Shown here one piece after another: positions 42,393 to 53,601 of a stretch of 64,000 nucleotides of DNA. The DNA is taken from NCBI GenBank assembly GCA_019058315.1, contig JAHPZH010000006.1:64001-128000 (forward strand), given 5' to 3'. The DNA comes from Candidatus Helarchaeota archaeon (GTDB lineage: Archaea; Asgardarchaeota; Lokiarchaeia; Helarchaeales; RDOG01). Each line of letters starts with the position of its first letter. Position 1 is the stretch's first letter. The position numbers were made by a program, and so were the translations under genes. The notes beneath the pieces were generated by a model. That model was given only the letters and a program-made list of their open reading frames with translations, was not told the DNA's origin and did not search any database.

Positions 42393-42630
42393 TTTTTTAA
42401 AACCTAATAAATTTTTAAATTACTTATTAGGTTTATTTCCTTTTTTTTGAGCATTTTTAAAAGAAAAAATGAGAAGTATAGGATTTTTAGGTATATATAA
42501 TATGATAATTGTGAATTCAATGGTAACATTCGTTCTATGTAAGATAGAGTATTATGAAACTAATTGATTAATGCAAATAATTTTAAATAAAAAGACAAAT
42601 TAATATATAAAATTCTATACGGTTTTAATT

Positions 42631-42873
42631 TTGTGCGGTAAAGTAAGAACTGAAACAATAAAAAGGTTAGCAACTCAAATTTATGAAAAATTTCCAAGTG
42701 AATTCACATCAGATTTTGAACATAATAAAAATGTTCTAAAAAGAGTAACTAATTACACTTCAAAACGTTTTAGAAATAAAATTGCTGGATATATTACGAG
42801 AATTTTTGTTAAAAAACTAGAACTTGAAAAATTAGAAGAGGAAGATATCGATTATATGCAAACTCCCTCATAA
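42631..42873 (+). CDS. rps17e: 30S ribosomal protein eS17
   Basis: GKVRT, F..DFEHNK, SKRFRNKIAGYIT. Confidence 0.95.
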   Translation: MCGKVRTETIKRLATQIYEKFPSEFTSDFEHNKNVLKRVTNYTSKRFRNKIAGYITRIFVKKLELEKLEEEDIDYMQTPS

Positions 42874-42991
42874 ATCAAACTTGAAATTCTAATTTTATAG
42901 TAATAATTCTACTCAAATTAAATGAATTTAAACCATCTAATTAAAATATATGAAAAAGAAATTTTTAAATTAATCAAATTCAGATTATATT

Positions 42992-43079
42992 TGGATGATG
43001 AAACTGACCTGCAAGGAATTAAATTTTCATTGAAGCAATGAAAATATTAAATGACTTGAATTTGTAAGTATTTCTGACA
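42992..43079 (+). ncRNA. Box C/D guide sRNA; predicted 16S rRNA target
   Basis: C box ATGATGA (42995), D' AGGA (43014) pairing with C' ATGACT (43051) around an internal hairpin, D box CTGA (43074). Guide ACTGACCTGC is complementary to the archaeal 16S segment GCAGGUCAGU. Confidence 0.75.
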
Positions 43080-43464
43080 TTCCTATTTTTTTTCTTTTTA
43101 AAAGAAATTCATCTTATGAATTAGTTACAATAATCATATAAAATTGATAAATTATTAATATTCCAATAATTATGGCTAAAATGATAAAAACTGGAATAAA
43201 TAGAGGAAAATCCCTAGCTTTACTAAAGACTAATGGAATTGTTATAATAAACGGAATAGTAAATATAAAAAGTGTTATAAAATCATGACTTAAAGGAATT
43301 AGAATTATCTGTCGATTTACAATTTAAATCATAAATTTTCGACTATCCAGATTATTAATAAAAAAATTAAAAAATACAATTTAAATCACCAAATTTTTTT
43401 TAAAAATATACGATTTAAACTCCTCGTATTCTTTTCTAATTCCTTTTCTTAAATAATTTGAATT

Positions 43465-45702
43465 ATGAGTTTAAATATATTTATTTCAATTAATTTAAGA
43501 ATAATAATGAAGGAAATATCAAATAATTGCAAAACAGAATTAGAATTAGTTTATGAAAATGATGAATCAACACCAAATAAGTTGTTGAGGAGGCTGAATT
43601 ATCTTTGTTTTAAAAATGAAAAGTGCAAAGATAGAAAAATCTTCTCGCATCCAATTTGTACTTATAATTGCTATAGAGATCTTTCAAATTTTGATAAAAT
43701 TGATGAGATTTTTTTTATTAATGAACAATTTAAGATATGTTTTTATAAAAATCAAACTGAAATGTTAAAAGAATTATCAAATTATCTACTAAAAATAAAA
43801 AAAATAAATTTAAGACTTAATCTGTTTAATAATTCATGTGTAAATCGTGAAACTTGTCAAAATAAGTATCAGATTTTTTTAAAAAGAATATTTGGAAGTA
43901 AAACTAGAATAGGATTACTTTTATCTAACCCTATAAGAGCATACGTTGAAATTATAAACGAAATTCATGTAATTATTTCATTAATTGAGAAGAATAAAAA
44001 CTGTAAAAAATGTTTGAATCACATTCTAGAGGATTTAAAAAAAATAGAAATTTCAATAAATCGGCTCGAATTTTTTAAAAAATATATGAATTTAACACCT
44101 GCAGAAAAAAAAGATCCATTAGAAAGAATTTATTTAAAACTTTTTCAATTAAAAATAATACAGAGCGAAGAAAAGTTAACCGAAAGCTTTGAAACGAACA
44201 AAATAATTGATGAATATTCAGTAGGTCCGTATTTCATTCAAATTTATAATAATAAGAGGAAAGAAGAGCTATTCTATAAATATTCGAAATCTATTACATC
44301 TAATGATTTAATAGGGAATTTTATTGATACAAATGCAGTTTTAAACGAAAAAATAAGATTTTTTACTTTAAATGAATTAATAAAATATAAATTGCATAAA
44401 ATAACAAATCTTTTAGAATCAAATTATAGTAGTTTAAAATTAAACAAGGAAAAATTTGTTGAATTACTTTGTTTTGAGTCCATTGGATTAAATAAAATTA
44501 TTCCTTTTCTATTAGATGATCTTGTTGAAGAAATATTTCTGGATAATCCTATGTCAACCATATATTTAGATCATAGTAAATATGGTAGGTGTTTTACGAA
44601 TATTAATTTTAATTCTAATGACATTGAAAATTTTAAAACTAAAATTAGATTGGAAAATAATTCATTACTCGATGAAAAACATCCATTTTTAAAAACAGAT
44701 TTAATAACTGATTTTTTTAATATAAGAGTGGCATGTAATATTAGTCCTTTGGCCGCTGATGAATTTAATTTCGCAATTAGAAAATTAAGGAAAAATGTAT
44801 TTTCTATTATTGAATTAATAAATCTTAATACAATTTCCTTTAAAGCTGCAGCGTATCTGTGTCTTTTATTATTTCATAGGAGAAATATTTTAGTAATTGG
44901 AGCACCAGGAGCAGGTAAAACAACATTGATTAATTCTTTAGATATTTTATCTCCAACAGAATGGCGAAAAGTTTATTTGGAAGATGTTATTGAGAGTATT
45001 ACTCAATATAAATATGGAAAACATCAAGTTAGATTTCATGTTTCAGCAAATTCTCAAGAAAATACTTTATTTTCAAAAAAAATTCAAGTTAGAGAGTCTC
45101 TTCATAGAACTCCTGACATGGTATTTATTGGAGAATTAATTCATAAAGAAACTGTAAAAGCTTTTTTTTTCTTATTAAAAACTGGACTAAGATGTGGACT
45201 TGGAACCTGCCATGGAGAATCGCCTGAATTAATTATTCAAAGATGGATAGAGGATGATGAAATACCTTATAATTCTATTAAAAATCTTGATGTAATCGTA
45301 CAAATCGCCAAAACAAAATTTGGAAGAAGAGTTATAAGAATTGCGGAGATTGGAAATAATAAACAAAAAAATAATATTGAAATCGTAAATTTATTTTTAA
45401 GAGACCCAGAAAATGATATTTTGAAATGTACTTTTAACTCATTAGAAGAATTATTTAATAAATCACCTGTGATAGGGAAAATAAAAGAACTTTTAATAGA
45501 AAATATTTTAGAAAATAATTTTGTTGAAGAGTTAATGACCTATTATAAATTCTTTGAATTATTAAAAAATCACGAAATTTATGAATTGGATGATATTGTA
45601 TCATATATTAAAAAATTCTGGGTCTTTAAAAAAAATTTTGAGATGCAACCTCAATTTTCATTTAAAAAATTAAATTCCCAGCTCCTAACTCTATTTGTAT
45701 AA
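43465..45702 (+). CDS. Type II/IV secretion (VirB11/TadA/ArlI-like) ATPase with a Cys-rich N-terminus
   Basis: GAPGAGKTT, LED..E, PD..FIGE, T.HG. Confidence 0.85.
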   Translation: MSLNIFISINLRIIMKEISNNCKTELELVYENDESTPNKLLRRLNYLCFKNEKCKDRKIFSHPICTYNCYRDLSNFDKIDEIFFINEQFKICFYKNQTEMLKELSNYLLKIKKINLRLNLFNNSCVNRETCQNKYQIFLKRIFGSKTRIGLLLSNPIRAYVEIINEIHVIISLIEKNKNCKKCLNHILEDLKKIEISINRLEFFKKYMNLTPAEKKDPLERIYLKLFQLKIIQSEEKLTESFETNKIIDEYSVGPYFIQIYNNKRKEELFYKYSKSITSNDLIGNFIDTNAVLNEKIRFFTLNELIKYKLHKITNLLESNYSSLKLNKEKFVELLCFESIGLNKIIPFLLDDLVEEIFLDNPMSTIYLDHSKYGRCFTNINFNSNDIENFKTKIRLENNSLLDEKHPFLKTDLITDFFNIRVACNISPLAADEFNFAIRKLRKNVFSIIELINLNTISFKAAAYLCLLLFHRRNILVIGAPGAGKTTLINSLDILSPTEWRKVYLEDVIESITQYKYGKHQVRFHVSANSQENTLFSKKIQVRESLHRTPDMVFIGELIHKETVKAFFFLLKTGLRCGLGTCHGESPELIIQRWIEDDEIPYNSIKNLDVIVQIAKTKFGRRVIRIAEIGNNKQKNNIEIVNLFLRDPENDILKCTFNSLEELFNKSPVIGKIKELLIENILENNFVEELMTYYKFFELLKNHEIYELDDIVSYIKKFWVFKKNFEMQPQFSFKKLNSQLLTLFV

Positions 45703-45755
45703 TTTTATACCAGTTAAATTCTGCTGTTTATATATGAATTTCTAAATAAGTTAAC

Positions 45756-47324
45756 ATGAGTAATTATATTATAGAAAACGAAAAAAATCATTTATATAGT
45801 AGAATATGTAAAAGTATTTCAAAAATAAATTTATCTAAATTTATTTATTCACGAATTAACAGTGAAAAACTAGAAATTGCTGCTAAACACCTATTCAACA
45901 AATACTTTTTATCTCCTCAAGAAATAATTTCGACATCCATATTTTTCTTCTTTTTATCAATAATTTTTTCAATAATTTTAACGATATTTTTTAAAACCTT
46001 CCTTTTTTTAATTGTTGGAATAGTGATTGGTTACATATCACATAATATGATATTAAACAAATTGATAATAGAATATGAAAATGAAAAATTATTAATTTTG
46101 CAATATGTTGACCTAACCTTTCAAGAATTTCTAATAATTTTAGCAACAACAAAATCAATATTTGATTCGATTTATTTTATATCTCAAGGGAATTACCCTT
46201 TAATTTCAAAAAAATTTCAAGAAATGATATGGAAAATTAATCAAGGTTCTGAACCTGAAGAATTACTTTATAATTTTGCCCTTAATCAACCTAGTAATTC
46301 TTTAAGAGAACGTATTCTAAATATAATTGCATCAAATTATTCTCAAGATACAATTATAGAAGAATTAGAGAGTCATATTGTTGAAAAGGAAAATGAATAT
46401 CAAAAATTTACAAAACAATTAGATAGCAAATTAATTTTAGTAATCGGAATTTGTTCTTTTCTACCACTATTATTCACAATTACAATTTTATTAAATGGAT
46501 GGGAGAATAATATCTGGATTTTTATATTAATACCTTTTTTTTGGATTCTCCTCCGATATTTAAAAAGATCTTTGTTGAAATCAAAATTTATAATTTTCGG
46601 AAGCTTTGAAACCGTAAATTACAAAATTTCTAATAGAAATTTGGATAAAATGAAATTGGAATTTGAAGAACTGATTGAATTTCTATCATTTTTTGGAAAT
46701 TTTTTAAAAAGAAAATTTTCTATTGAAAGATCTTTTATCAATGCAGTTTTGAAATATAATGGGATTTTAAAATCCAAATTAATTAATTTTTTAAAATTAA
46801 ATCTTTTCAATAATATGTCGTTTATAACTGCATGGGAAAAGTTCACTCAAAGTCTTTTAAATGAACCTTCTATTCAAATTTTAAATTTAATCAAACGAAT
46901 GTTAATAAAAGATTCAATAAAAGCAGGAGATCAAATAATTTCTTTATTAACTCAATTGAAAAAAAATCAAAATTTAATAAAAAAAAGGGAACTTGTTTAC
47001 AAAACTCAACAATTTAAAATACAGTTAATATCTTTAATTTCGGGATTTATTTTAGGTTTATTAATTTCTTTAGCTCCAGTTTTTAGTCTCGCTTTTTCTT
47101 TTTCTAATATTGATTTAAAATTTCAAAATTTATTGTTAAAATCGGTAAATTATTTGAATTTTTTACCCCTAATTTTAACCTTAGTTGCTATTTTAATAAT
47201 CTCATCATATAATTTAGCCAAAATCATTAAAATAGCAAATCCGATAAAAAATATAATTTTAACATTAATGATCTTTGGATGTACATGGTACATTTGTTAC
47301 CTTTATTTATTTAATATGTTATGA
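45756..47324 (+). CDS. Type II secretion F / TadC-like membrane platform protein
   Basis: Two TM clusters separated by helical cytoplasmic domains; follows the secretion ATPase. Confidence 0.7.
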   Translation: MSNYIIENEKNHLYSRICKSISKINLSKFIYSRINSEKLEIAAKHLFNKYFLSPQEIISTSIFFFFLSIIFSIILTIFFKTFLFLIVGIVIGYISHNMILNKLIIEYENEKLLILQYVDLTFQEFLIILATTKSIFDSIYFISQGNYPLISKKFQEMIWKINQGSEPEELLYNFALNQPSNSLRERILNIIASNYSQDTIIEELESHIVEKENEYQKFTKQLDSKLILVIGICSFLPLLFTITILLNGWENNIWIFILIPFFWILLRYLKRSLLKSKFIIFGSFETVNYKISNRNLDKMKLEFEELIEFLSFFGNFLKRKFSIERSFINAVLKYNGILKSKLINFLKLNLFNNMSFITAWEKFTQSLLNEPSIQILNLIKRMLIKDSIKAGDQIISLLTQLKKNQNLIKKRELVYKTQQFKIQLISLISGFILGLLISLAPVFSLAFSFSNIDLKFQNLLLKSVNYLNFLPLILTLVAILIISSYNLAKIIKIANPIKNIILTLMIFGCTWYICYLYLFNML

Positions 47325-47364
47325 ATGAGATTTAATAAAGAATTATCTTGAATATATTTAGAGG

Positions 47365-48255
47365 CTAATCTTGAGATTCAACAGATCTAGACCATTCATC
47401 AATTGCATTGGATAAAATTGAAACCAAATTTTCACGAAAAGTTGGATTTATTGCTACCATAGAATAACAAGGAACACCTAATAATCGTTCAATTAATTTT
47501 GGTTTCATTGCCCTCGGCATATCTTGCTTATTAGCGATTCCAACCGTATGAAGTATTCTCTCTTGTTGTTTTTGTCTTATTATTTCTAAATATACCTTTT
47601 TTGTTTCCATCACATTTTCAACAGTACTATCTGTCACTAATAAGACAATGTTAGTTCCACGTAATAAAAAAGTCCATAAAGGAGTATATCTCTCCTGACC
47701 AGCAAAATCCCAAATTATTACTTCAAAACGGTCAGATAAACCAGTTAATCTTTTTACATCAACTGCAATTGTTGGATTATAATCTAATGGAACCTCAGTT
47801 CCTCTCATCAAATTAAGCATTGTTGTCTTTCCAACACCACCAAACCCTACAAGCGCAATTTTGATAATTCCCATTAATATTTTTTCTAGACTTGTATTAA
47901 AACCATCAAAAGCACTTGAATCCCTTCCATCCCAACCCAAAGCTTGTATACCAAAATCTTCTACAAAAGAATCTCTTGTTCGTTTTAATCTCTCTCTCAA
48001 TCCTAAGTCATCATCGCCTTCATCTGCACAAAAAACGAATAAATAATCCCTATATCTTCCAGGTCCTGCAGTATAAACAAATTTTAAACGTCCAGTAACC
48101 ACTGATTTAATTTCTCCTTCTGATAAAGACCCTGCAAATGAACTTACAGCACTAAGAAAAACTGAGACAAGACTATCATCAACTTTAACGCTGCCATAGG
48201 TTTTATGGAATAAAATTGTTCCATCACTTCTGATAATGTAAACATGGTTTATCAT
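47365..48255 (-). CDS. Longin domain fused to a Ras-superfamily small GTPase
   Basis: N-terminal longin (VYIIRSDG...FLSAVSSF); GFGGVGKTT, PTI, WDFAGQE, NKQD. Confidence 0.88.
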   Translation of the reverse strand: MINHVYIIRSDGTILFHKTYGSVKVDDSLVSVFLSAVSSFAGSLSEGEIKSVVTGRLKFVYTAGPGRYRDYLFVFCADEGDDDLGLRERLKRTRDSFVEDFGIQALGWDGRDSSAFDGFNTSLEKILMGIIKIALVGFGGVGKTTMLNLMRGTEVPLDYNPTIAVDVKRLTGLSDRFEVIIWDFAGQERYTPLWTFLLRGTNIVLLVTDSTVENVMETKKVYLEIIRQKQQERILHTVGIANKQDMPRAMKPKLIERLLGVPCYSMVAINPTFRENLVSILSNAIDEWSRSVESQD

Positions 48256-48633
48256 ATTTTATTTTCTCCCATGCAATTACCTTTATAACTTATTTTTCTT
48301 TAAATAGCAATTTCTATGATAAATTCAAAGGCGTTTTGATATTTATTTAATCCATAAATTTTCAATTCTCATTTAAAGGAAAACTTTAAACTTAATTTTA
48401 AATATTTTTATTTCGTTGATTTAAATTTATTGCATTATTTTCTTCTAAAAAAAAATAAATGTATCTTATGAATCTTAAGAAATTCTTCCTTTTTTTTGAT
48501 CAAATTCTTCCTTAATTTTTTAATATCAGTAATTTGAGTAATTCGGATAAAGGAAAGAAACTTTTTTTAATTATTTTAAAATATTTGGTAAAATAATGAT
48601 TTTTTATTTACATATCTAACTTGGGTATTTTAA

Positions 48634-49938
48634 ATGAGAGAAGTATTTTCTAATAATAAATTGCTTTACATGTATAATCACTTAAAAATAAATAATCCGA
48701 ATAAAATTCCTGAAAAAATATATATTTGGGATGAAACACTTCGTGATGGTGAACAAACACCTGGAGTTAACTTATCATTTGAGCAAAAACTTAACATCGC
48801 AAAATTATTGGATGAAATTGGGATTAGCGTTATAGCTGTAGGTTTTCCGGCCGTTTCTGAATCTGAGAAAAAAATTGTTAGTGCTATAGCTAAAGAAAAG
48901 TTTCAGGCAAAAATAGCAGGAGCAGCTAGGGCTAAAAAAAGTGATATCGATGATTCTCTTCAATGTGATATTGATGAAATTCCAATTTTCTTTCCAACAA
49001 GTAAATTGGCTTTAAAAAAAGTATTAAATAAAGATATTAATGATTCAATTAAAATTGTTTCAAACGCCATTGAATATGCAGTTGATCATGGTGTAATTAC
49101 TGATTTCGTTGCAATGGATGCTACTAGAACTGAGTTTGAGACTCTTTTAAAATTTCTTCATACAGCAATCAAATGTGGTGCGAATAAAATAATAATTGCT
49201 GATACTGTTGGAATAATGCGTCCATTATCCATGTCTAATTTAATTAAAAAATTACGTGAGGATGAACTTATAAAAAAATCAACTATATCAATTCATGCCC
49301 ATAATGACTTTGGGCTTGCAGTTTCAAATTCCTTGGCAGGAATAGAAATGGGAGCAAATTTTCCTCATGTCTGTGTAAACGGATATGGAGAAAGAAGTGG
49401 AAATGCTTCATTAGAAGAAATGGTTTTAGCTTTAGAAATATTATATAATAAAAAGACGCTAAAAAAAGAAAAAATATTCGAATTATCTAAATTAGTGGAG
49501 GAATATTTTGGCTTACCTATTTCTGTTCATCATCCAATAACTGGGTTTAACAGTTTCTGTCATGAAAGTGGTCTACATGTAGATGCGATCTTACGAGGGG
49601 GACCTGAAACTATTGAACCTTTTGATCCAAGAATAATTGGTAGACAAAGACACTTTTACATGGGAAAATTCTCAGGAAGGAAAAATATAGAATGGATTCT
49701 CGATAAATTAGGAATTAAAGCAAATCCTGAACAAGTATTACAAATACTTTATCAAGTTAAAAGCAAAGATATTAGCAATTCGATTAAAAAATCGAAAGCA
49801 TTAATGGAATTATTTGAAGAAAAAATTAATCAAATATATAAAGCGTTTTCAGCTTTGGAATTTCTTAAAATCGTTGAATCTGTGACCAAACAAAAAATCT
49901 CTATTTCTAAATTAACCGAATATAATGAAATCATCTAA
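48634..49938 (+). CDS. Homocitrate / isopropylmalate synthase family (DRE-TIM) enzyme
   Basis: DETLRDGEQ, HAHND.G, G.GERSGN, HESG.H; no C-terminal regulatory domain. Confidence 0.88.
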   Translation: MREVFSNNKLLYMYNHLKINNPNKIPEKIYIWDETLRDGEQTPGVNLSFEQKLNIAKLLDEIGISVIAVGFPAVSESEKKIVSAIAKEKFQAKIAGAARAKKSDIDDSLQCDIDEIPIFFPTSKLALKKVLNKDINDSIKIVSNAIEYAVDHGVITDFVAMDATRTEFETLLKFLHTAIKCGANKIIIADTVGIMRPLSMSNLIKKLREDELIKKSTISIHAHNDFGLAVSNSLAGIEMGANFPHVCVNGYGERSGNASLEEMVLALEILYNKKTLKKEKIFELSKLVEEYFGLPISVHHPITGFNSFCHESGLHVDAILRGGPETIEPFDPRIIGRQRHFYMGKFSGRKNIEWILDKLGIKANPEQVLQILYQVKSKDISNSIKKSKALMELFEEKINQIYKAFSALEFLKIVESVTKQKISISKLTEYNEII

Positions 49939-49951
49939 ATTTTCCTAATTC

Positions 49952-50635
49952 TTAAATTATTTTAATAAATATAATCAATAAATTTCCTATTATTAAAGTA
50001 AATACGAAAAAGGTCATTATTTGTAAAATTTCTTTGCTTTTTTTTACTTTTAAACAAATATTATTGGATTTTTCTAGATGTATTTTATTTTTTAAGATTT
50101 TAGTATCCAAAGTCACCATAATTAATGAAAAAAAGAGTATACCTAATATTAGACATAAAATAAAATGTAAAAAAAGCTCGATTATTATGAATTGATTTGA
50201 AATTTGAACAAATAATTTAATATAATTGTCAAAAATGTAAATAATTGAAATGATATTAAAAAAAAACAATATTTTTTTCTGAAATCGACAAGATTTGTTA
50301 TGTCTAATAAATAAATCTTCTACGGATTTTTCATTTGAAATCCTTTTAATCGGACCTTTAATGGTATAATAAAGAATATTCAAATTAAATTCAAAAAAAA
50401 TAATTGAAATAGTAAATATCAAAAAGAATAAGTCTGATTTTAAAAAATTGATTCCTCCCATTCCTTCAAAACCTTTTTGCAAACCTAAAGAGTAATCAAA
50501 ATGAATTAGTTCTACTAAAAAAAAGAAAATCAAAGAAAGATAGAAAGCGGATGAGCTTAGAATTAAAAGTTTTTTTTCTTTTAGACTCCAAGTCTCTAAA
50601 TATTCAGTTAATAATTTTTTATTGAAATTCCTCAT
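49952..50635 (-). CDS. Hypothetical multi-pass membrane protein
   Basis: About five hydrophobic segments; no recognised motif. Confidence 0.5.
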   Translation of the reverse strand: MRNFNKKLLTEYLETWSLKEKKLLILSSSAFYLSLIFFFLVELIHFDYSLGLQKGFEGMGGINFLKSDLFFLIFTISIIFFEFNLNILYYTIKGPIKRISNEKSVEDLFIRHNKSCRFQKKILFFFNIISIIYIFDNYIKLFVQISNQFIIIELFLHFILCLILGILFFSLIMVTLDTKILKNKIHLEKSNNICLKVKKSKEILQIMTFFVFTLIIGNLLIIFIKII

Positions 50636-50837
50636 TTAATCTTTCCGGGATAAAATTTTTTAAATATTTATTAAAAATAATTCAATTAAATTAAATAATA
50701 TCGTGTTATTTACTATTTTGAATTAAAAATTAAATTTAAAATCGTAAATACTTTTAAATTAATAGTCAATAATTATTTAACTTCCTTTAAGTAAAAAACA
50801 TAAATACCAAGTTTTTAATTATTCTAGTCGAAACTGG

Positions 50838-51110
50838 TTGATATTAATGAGCCTAATAAATGATATAATCATCCGACCTGTAATGACAGAAGCCGCATTT
50901 GATTTAATTGAAAAAGAAAATAAATTAACATTTATTGTTGATCGAAAATCTAATAAGACTACTATTAAATATGCTGTAGAAAAACTCTATAATGTTAAAG
51001 TAGACAAGGTGAATACTTTGATTCAAAGAGATGGAAATAAAAAAGCGTATGTGAAATTAGTTCCTGAAGATAATGCGTCTGATATTGCTACTAAACTTGG
51101 AATATTCTAA
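50838..51110 (+). CDS. rpl23: 50S ribosomal protein uL23
   Basis: [21 protein letters not shown]. Confidence 0.96.
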   Translation: MILMSLINDIIIRPVMTEAAFDLIEKENKLTFIVDRKSNKTTIKYAVEKLYNVKVDKVNTLIQRDGNKKAYVKLVPEDNASDIATKLGIF

Positions 51111-51126
51111 AGAAAGGTGAAATATA

Positions 51127-51840
51127 TTGGGAAAAAGAATACGTGTTCAAAGAAAAAATAGCCCAACTTTTAAAGCTAATACTCATAGAAGAAAAGGTAA
51201 AATTGCCCATCTTTCATTAAATGACCAAAATGTAACTGGTAAAATTATTGATCTTGTTCATGAAAGCGGAAGAGGTGCTCCTTTAGCTCTAATAAATTTT
51301 GATAATGGAAAAAAGGTGTATATGTTAATTCCTGAAGGAGTATTTATTGGTCAAAAAATAGAAATAGGGGAAAAAGCTGCAATAAAAGAAGGAAATACAT
51401 TACCACTAAAAAATATACCCGAAGGAACTCCTGTATTTAATATTGAATTAAAGCCAGGTGATGGAGGTAAATTAGTTAGAGCAGGTGGTACTTACGCTAC
51501 GATAATATCTCGATCCTCGACAAAAATAATGATTCGTTTACCTTCTGGAAAGCTGAAAAGTTTTATTCCGACATGCAGAGCAACGATTGGAATTGTTGCA
51601 GGTGGCGGCAAACCCGAAAAACCAATTGTAAAAGCAGGAAAGAAATTTCATATGACAAAGGCTAAGCGGAAAAAATGGCCAATTACACGTGGAGTGGCAA
51701 TGAATACTGTAGACCATCCTCATGGGGGCGGTGGTCATCAGCATATAGGTAAAAAAGGATCTACTGTATCTAGAAATGCACCACCAGGAAGAAAGGTAGG
51801 ACTTATTGCTGCTCGCCGAAGTGGAAGAAAGAAAAAATAA
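51127..51840 (+). CDS. rpl2: 50S ribosomal protein uL2
   Basis: GRGAPLA, RGVAMN.VDHPHGGG, PPGRKVG. Confidence 0.97.
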   Translation: MGKRIRVQRKNSPTFKANTHRRKGKIAHLSLNDQNVTGKIIDLVHESGRGAPLALINFDNGKKVYMLIPEGVFIGQKIEIGEKAAIKEGNTLPLKNIPEGTPVFNIELKPGDGGKLVRAGGTYATIISRSSTKIMIRLPSGKLKSFIPTCRATIGIVAGGGKPEKPIVKAGKKFHMTKAKRKKWPITRGVAMNTVDHPHGGGGHQHIGKKGSTVSRNAPPGRKVGLIAARRSGRKKK

Positions 51841-51868
51841 AATAGTATGTTCTAATATATTTTGTCTA

Positions 51869-53419
51869 TTAAACACATGAAAAAATTATATTGCTTATAT
51901 TCCCACCATAATCTTCATAAGTTGTTATATCACTTTCAGTAGGATTTACATTATAATAAAGTGGGTTTGTATGCAAATAACTCAAGAATCTTTCGGGATT
52001 AATTTCTCTATAAGTCTCTGGATATTTTTTAAAGCGCCATTTCTTTTGCAATGTAATTATTGACATATAATAAGCCCAGATCTGCTCACTGCTTAAAATA
52101 AGTTCGTTATTTTCATTAATTAATGAATATGGAGGTGGAAATATAGCTCTATCAAAAAAATCCCAATTTTTAGTATTTAATTTAATTCCAAATTTTTCAG
52201 GATTAGAGAAAGGTTCTGTTCCAGGAGTAGGAATAAAAATAAAGCATATTGCGGTTTGAATTAAATCACTTTTATTTAAAAAATTTAGACATTTTAGATT
52301 ATGTGTCATGGTTTCAACGTTTTCGCCTGGAAATCCAATCATCCAACTTGGGATTGAATTAATATTATGCTTCTTTACTTTTTTTAAAGCTTCATATTGA
52401 ATATCCCACGAAGGTTTTCTCATATTTTTTAAAATTTTATCGGAAGCATTTTCTACTCCGATTGTAATAAAAGATTTTGGATGATCTGCTAGCATCTTGT
52501 TTATTAATTCTAAACGTTCATCATTTACTAAGTTTGCTCTCATCAGAACCATCCCTAATGAATTATTAAAATTTAGTTCAGAGATTTCTTTAACTAATTC
52601 TTTAAAATTTTTTATTAAAGGTAAATTTGTATCTCCAAAATCAAAAAAGACGTTATATTTTTCATTGAGCATTCTAATTTCATCAACGATAACATCAATA
52701 GATCTGAATCTTAATTTACGATTCCAAAAATGTGGATTTGCACAAAAAGTGCAATTATATGTACAACCCCTGCTACAATGAATTGAAAAATATAAGGGTT
52801 TTTTTAATTCGCTTTTTGGAATTAGATTAATGTTAATTCTTGGTAAATTTGCCAATTCCTCATCAGTTAATAAATTTCTATTAGGGTTTCTCTTCTTAGA
52901 ATTAGTTGTACCTAATATGTTGGTGTAATCTTTTCCTTTAACTATCTTATTAACTAGTTCTAATGTTGTAAATTCTCCTTCACCTCTGACTACGACATCT
53001 AGAGCTCCATTAAATTCCTTTATGGTTTGAGTATCTAAAAAAGTAACATGTGGTCCACCAGCTATGGTAATAATCTCGGAATTAATATGTTTAAAAATCT
53101 GAAATGCTTTTTTCAAACCATTAATATATGGTGTATAAGCATATCCCCCTACAATCTTTGGATCGTGTTTCTGAATTAAGAATTTAATTAAATCCGTTAG
53201 ACTTTTTTTAGATTCGAAGTGAATGAAATCATAATAAGAAATTGCGTAACCCTCATGTTCTAGTAAAGATCCAATACTCATTATGCCATTAGGAATAGGT
53301 AAAAGTTTCATTTTACTTTGACTTGAAATTTTTTCAAAATATGTATAAACTAGGTCTAAAGAACGAATCATTGGTTTCACAGGAGGTAAAATAAAGAGAA
53401 TATCTTTTTTTTCTGTCAT
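51869..53419 (-). CDS. Cobalamin-binding radical SAM protein
   Basis: GGPHVT, GEGE, RGCTYNCTFC. Confidence 0.9.
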   Translation of the reverse strand: MTEKKDILFILPPVKPMIRSLDLVYTYFEKISSQSKMKLLPIPNGIMSIGSLLEHEGYAISYYDFIHFESKKSLTDLIKFLIQKHDPKIVGGYAYTPYINGLKKAFQIFKHINSEIITIAGGPHVTFLDTQTIKEFNGALDVVVRGEGEFTTLELVNKIVKGKDYTNILGTTNSKKRNPNRNLLTDEELANLPRININLIPKSELKKPLYFSIHCSRGCTYNCTFCANPHFWNRKLRFRSIDVIVDEIRMLNEKYNVFFDFGDTNLPLIKNFKELVKEISELNFNNSLGMVLMRANLVNDERLELINKMLADHPKSFITIGVENASDKILKNMRKPSWDIQYEALKKVKKHNINSIPSWMIGFPGENVETMTHNLKCLNFLNKSDLIQTAICFIFIPTPGTEPFSNPEKFGIKLNTKNWDFFDRAIFPPPYSLINENNELILSSEQIWAYYMSIITLQKKWRFKKYPETYREINPERFLSYLHTNPLYYNVNPTESDITTYEDYGGNISNIIFSCV

Positions 53420-53601
53420 AAATCAAACCATTTGTATTTTTTTTTAAAATTCTTTAAATAATCTAAGAAATAATATAAAAACTACCAGTTTAACCCTACA
53501 AAATATAATGATAATGAAGTGACTTAAAAGAGAAAGAATTAATAATGATGTTAATAATAAATTATTAATTTTTACTTAATTGTGTAGAGTTGCTATATAA
53601 T

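Noticed and set aside
43114-43323. 69-codon hydrophobic minus-strand frame (IVNRQ...IVTNS)
   Set aside because: No start codon and no recognisable motif; T-rich strands give hydrophobic frames by chance. It could still be a small membrane protein.
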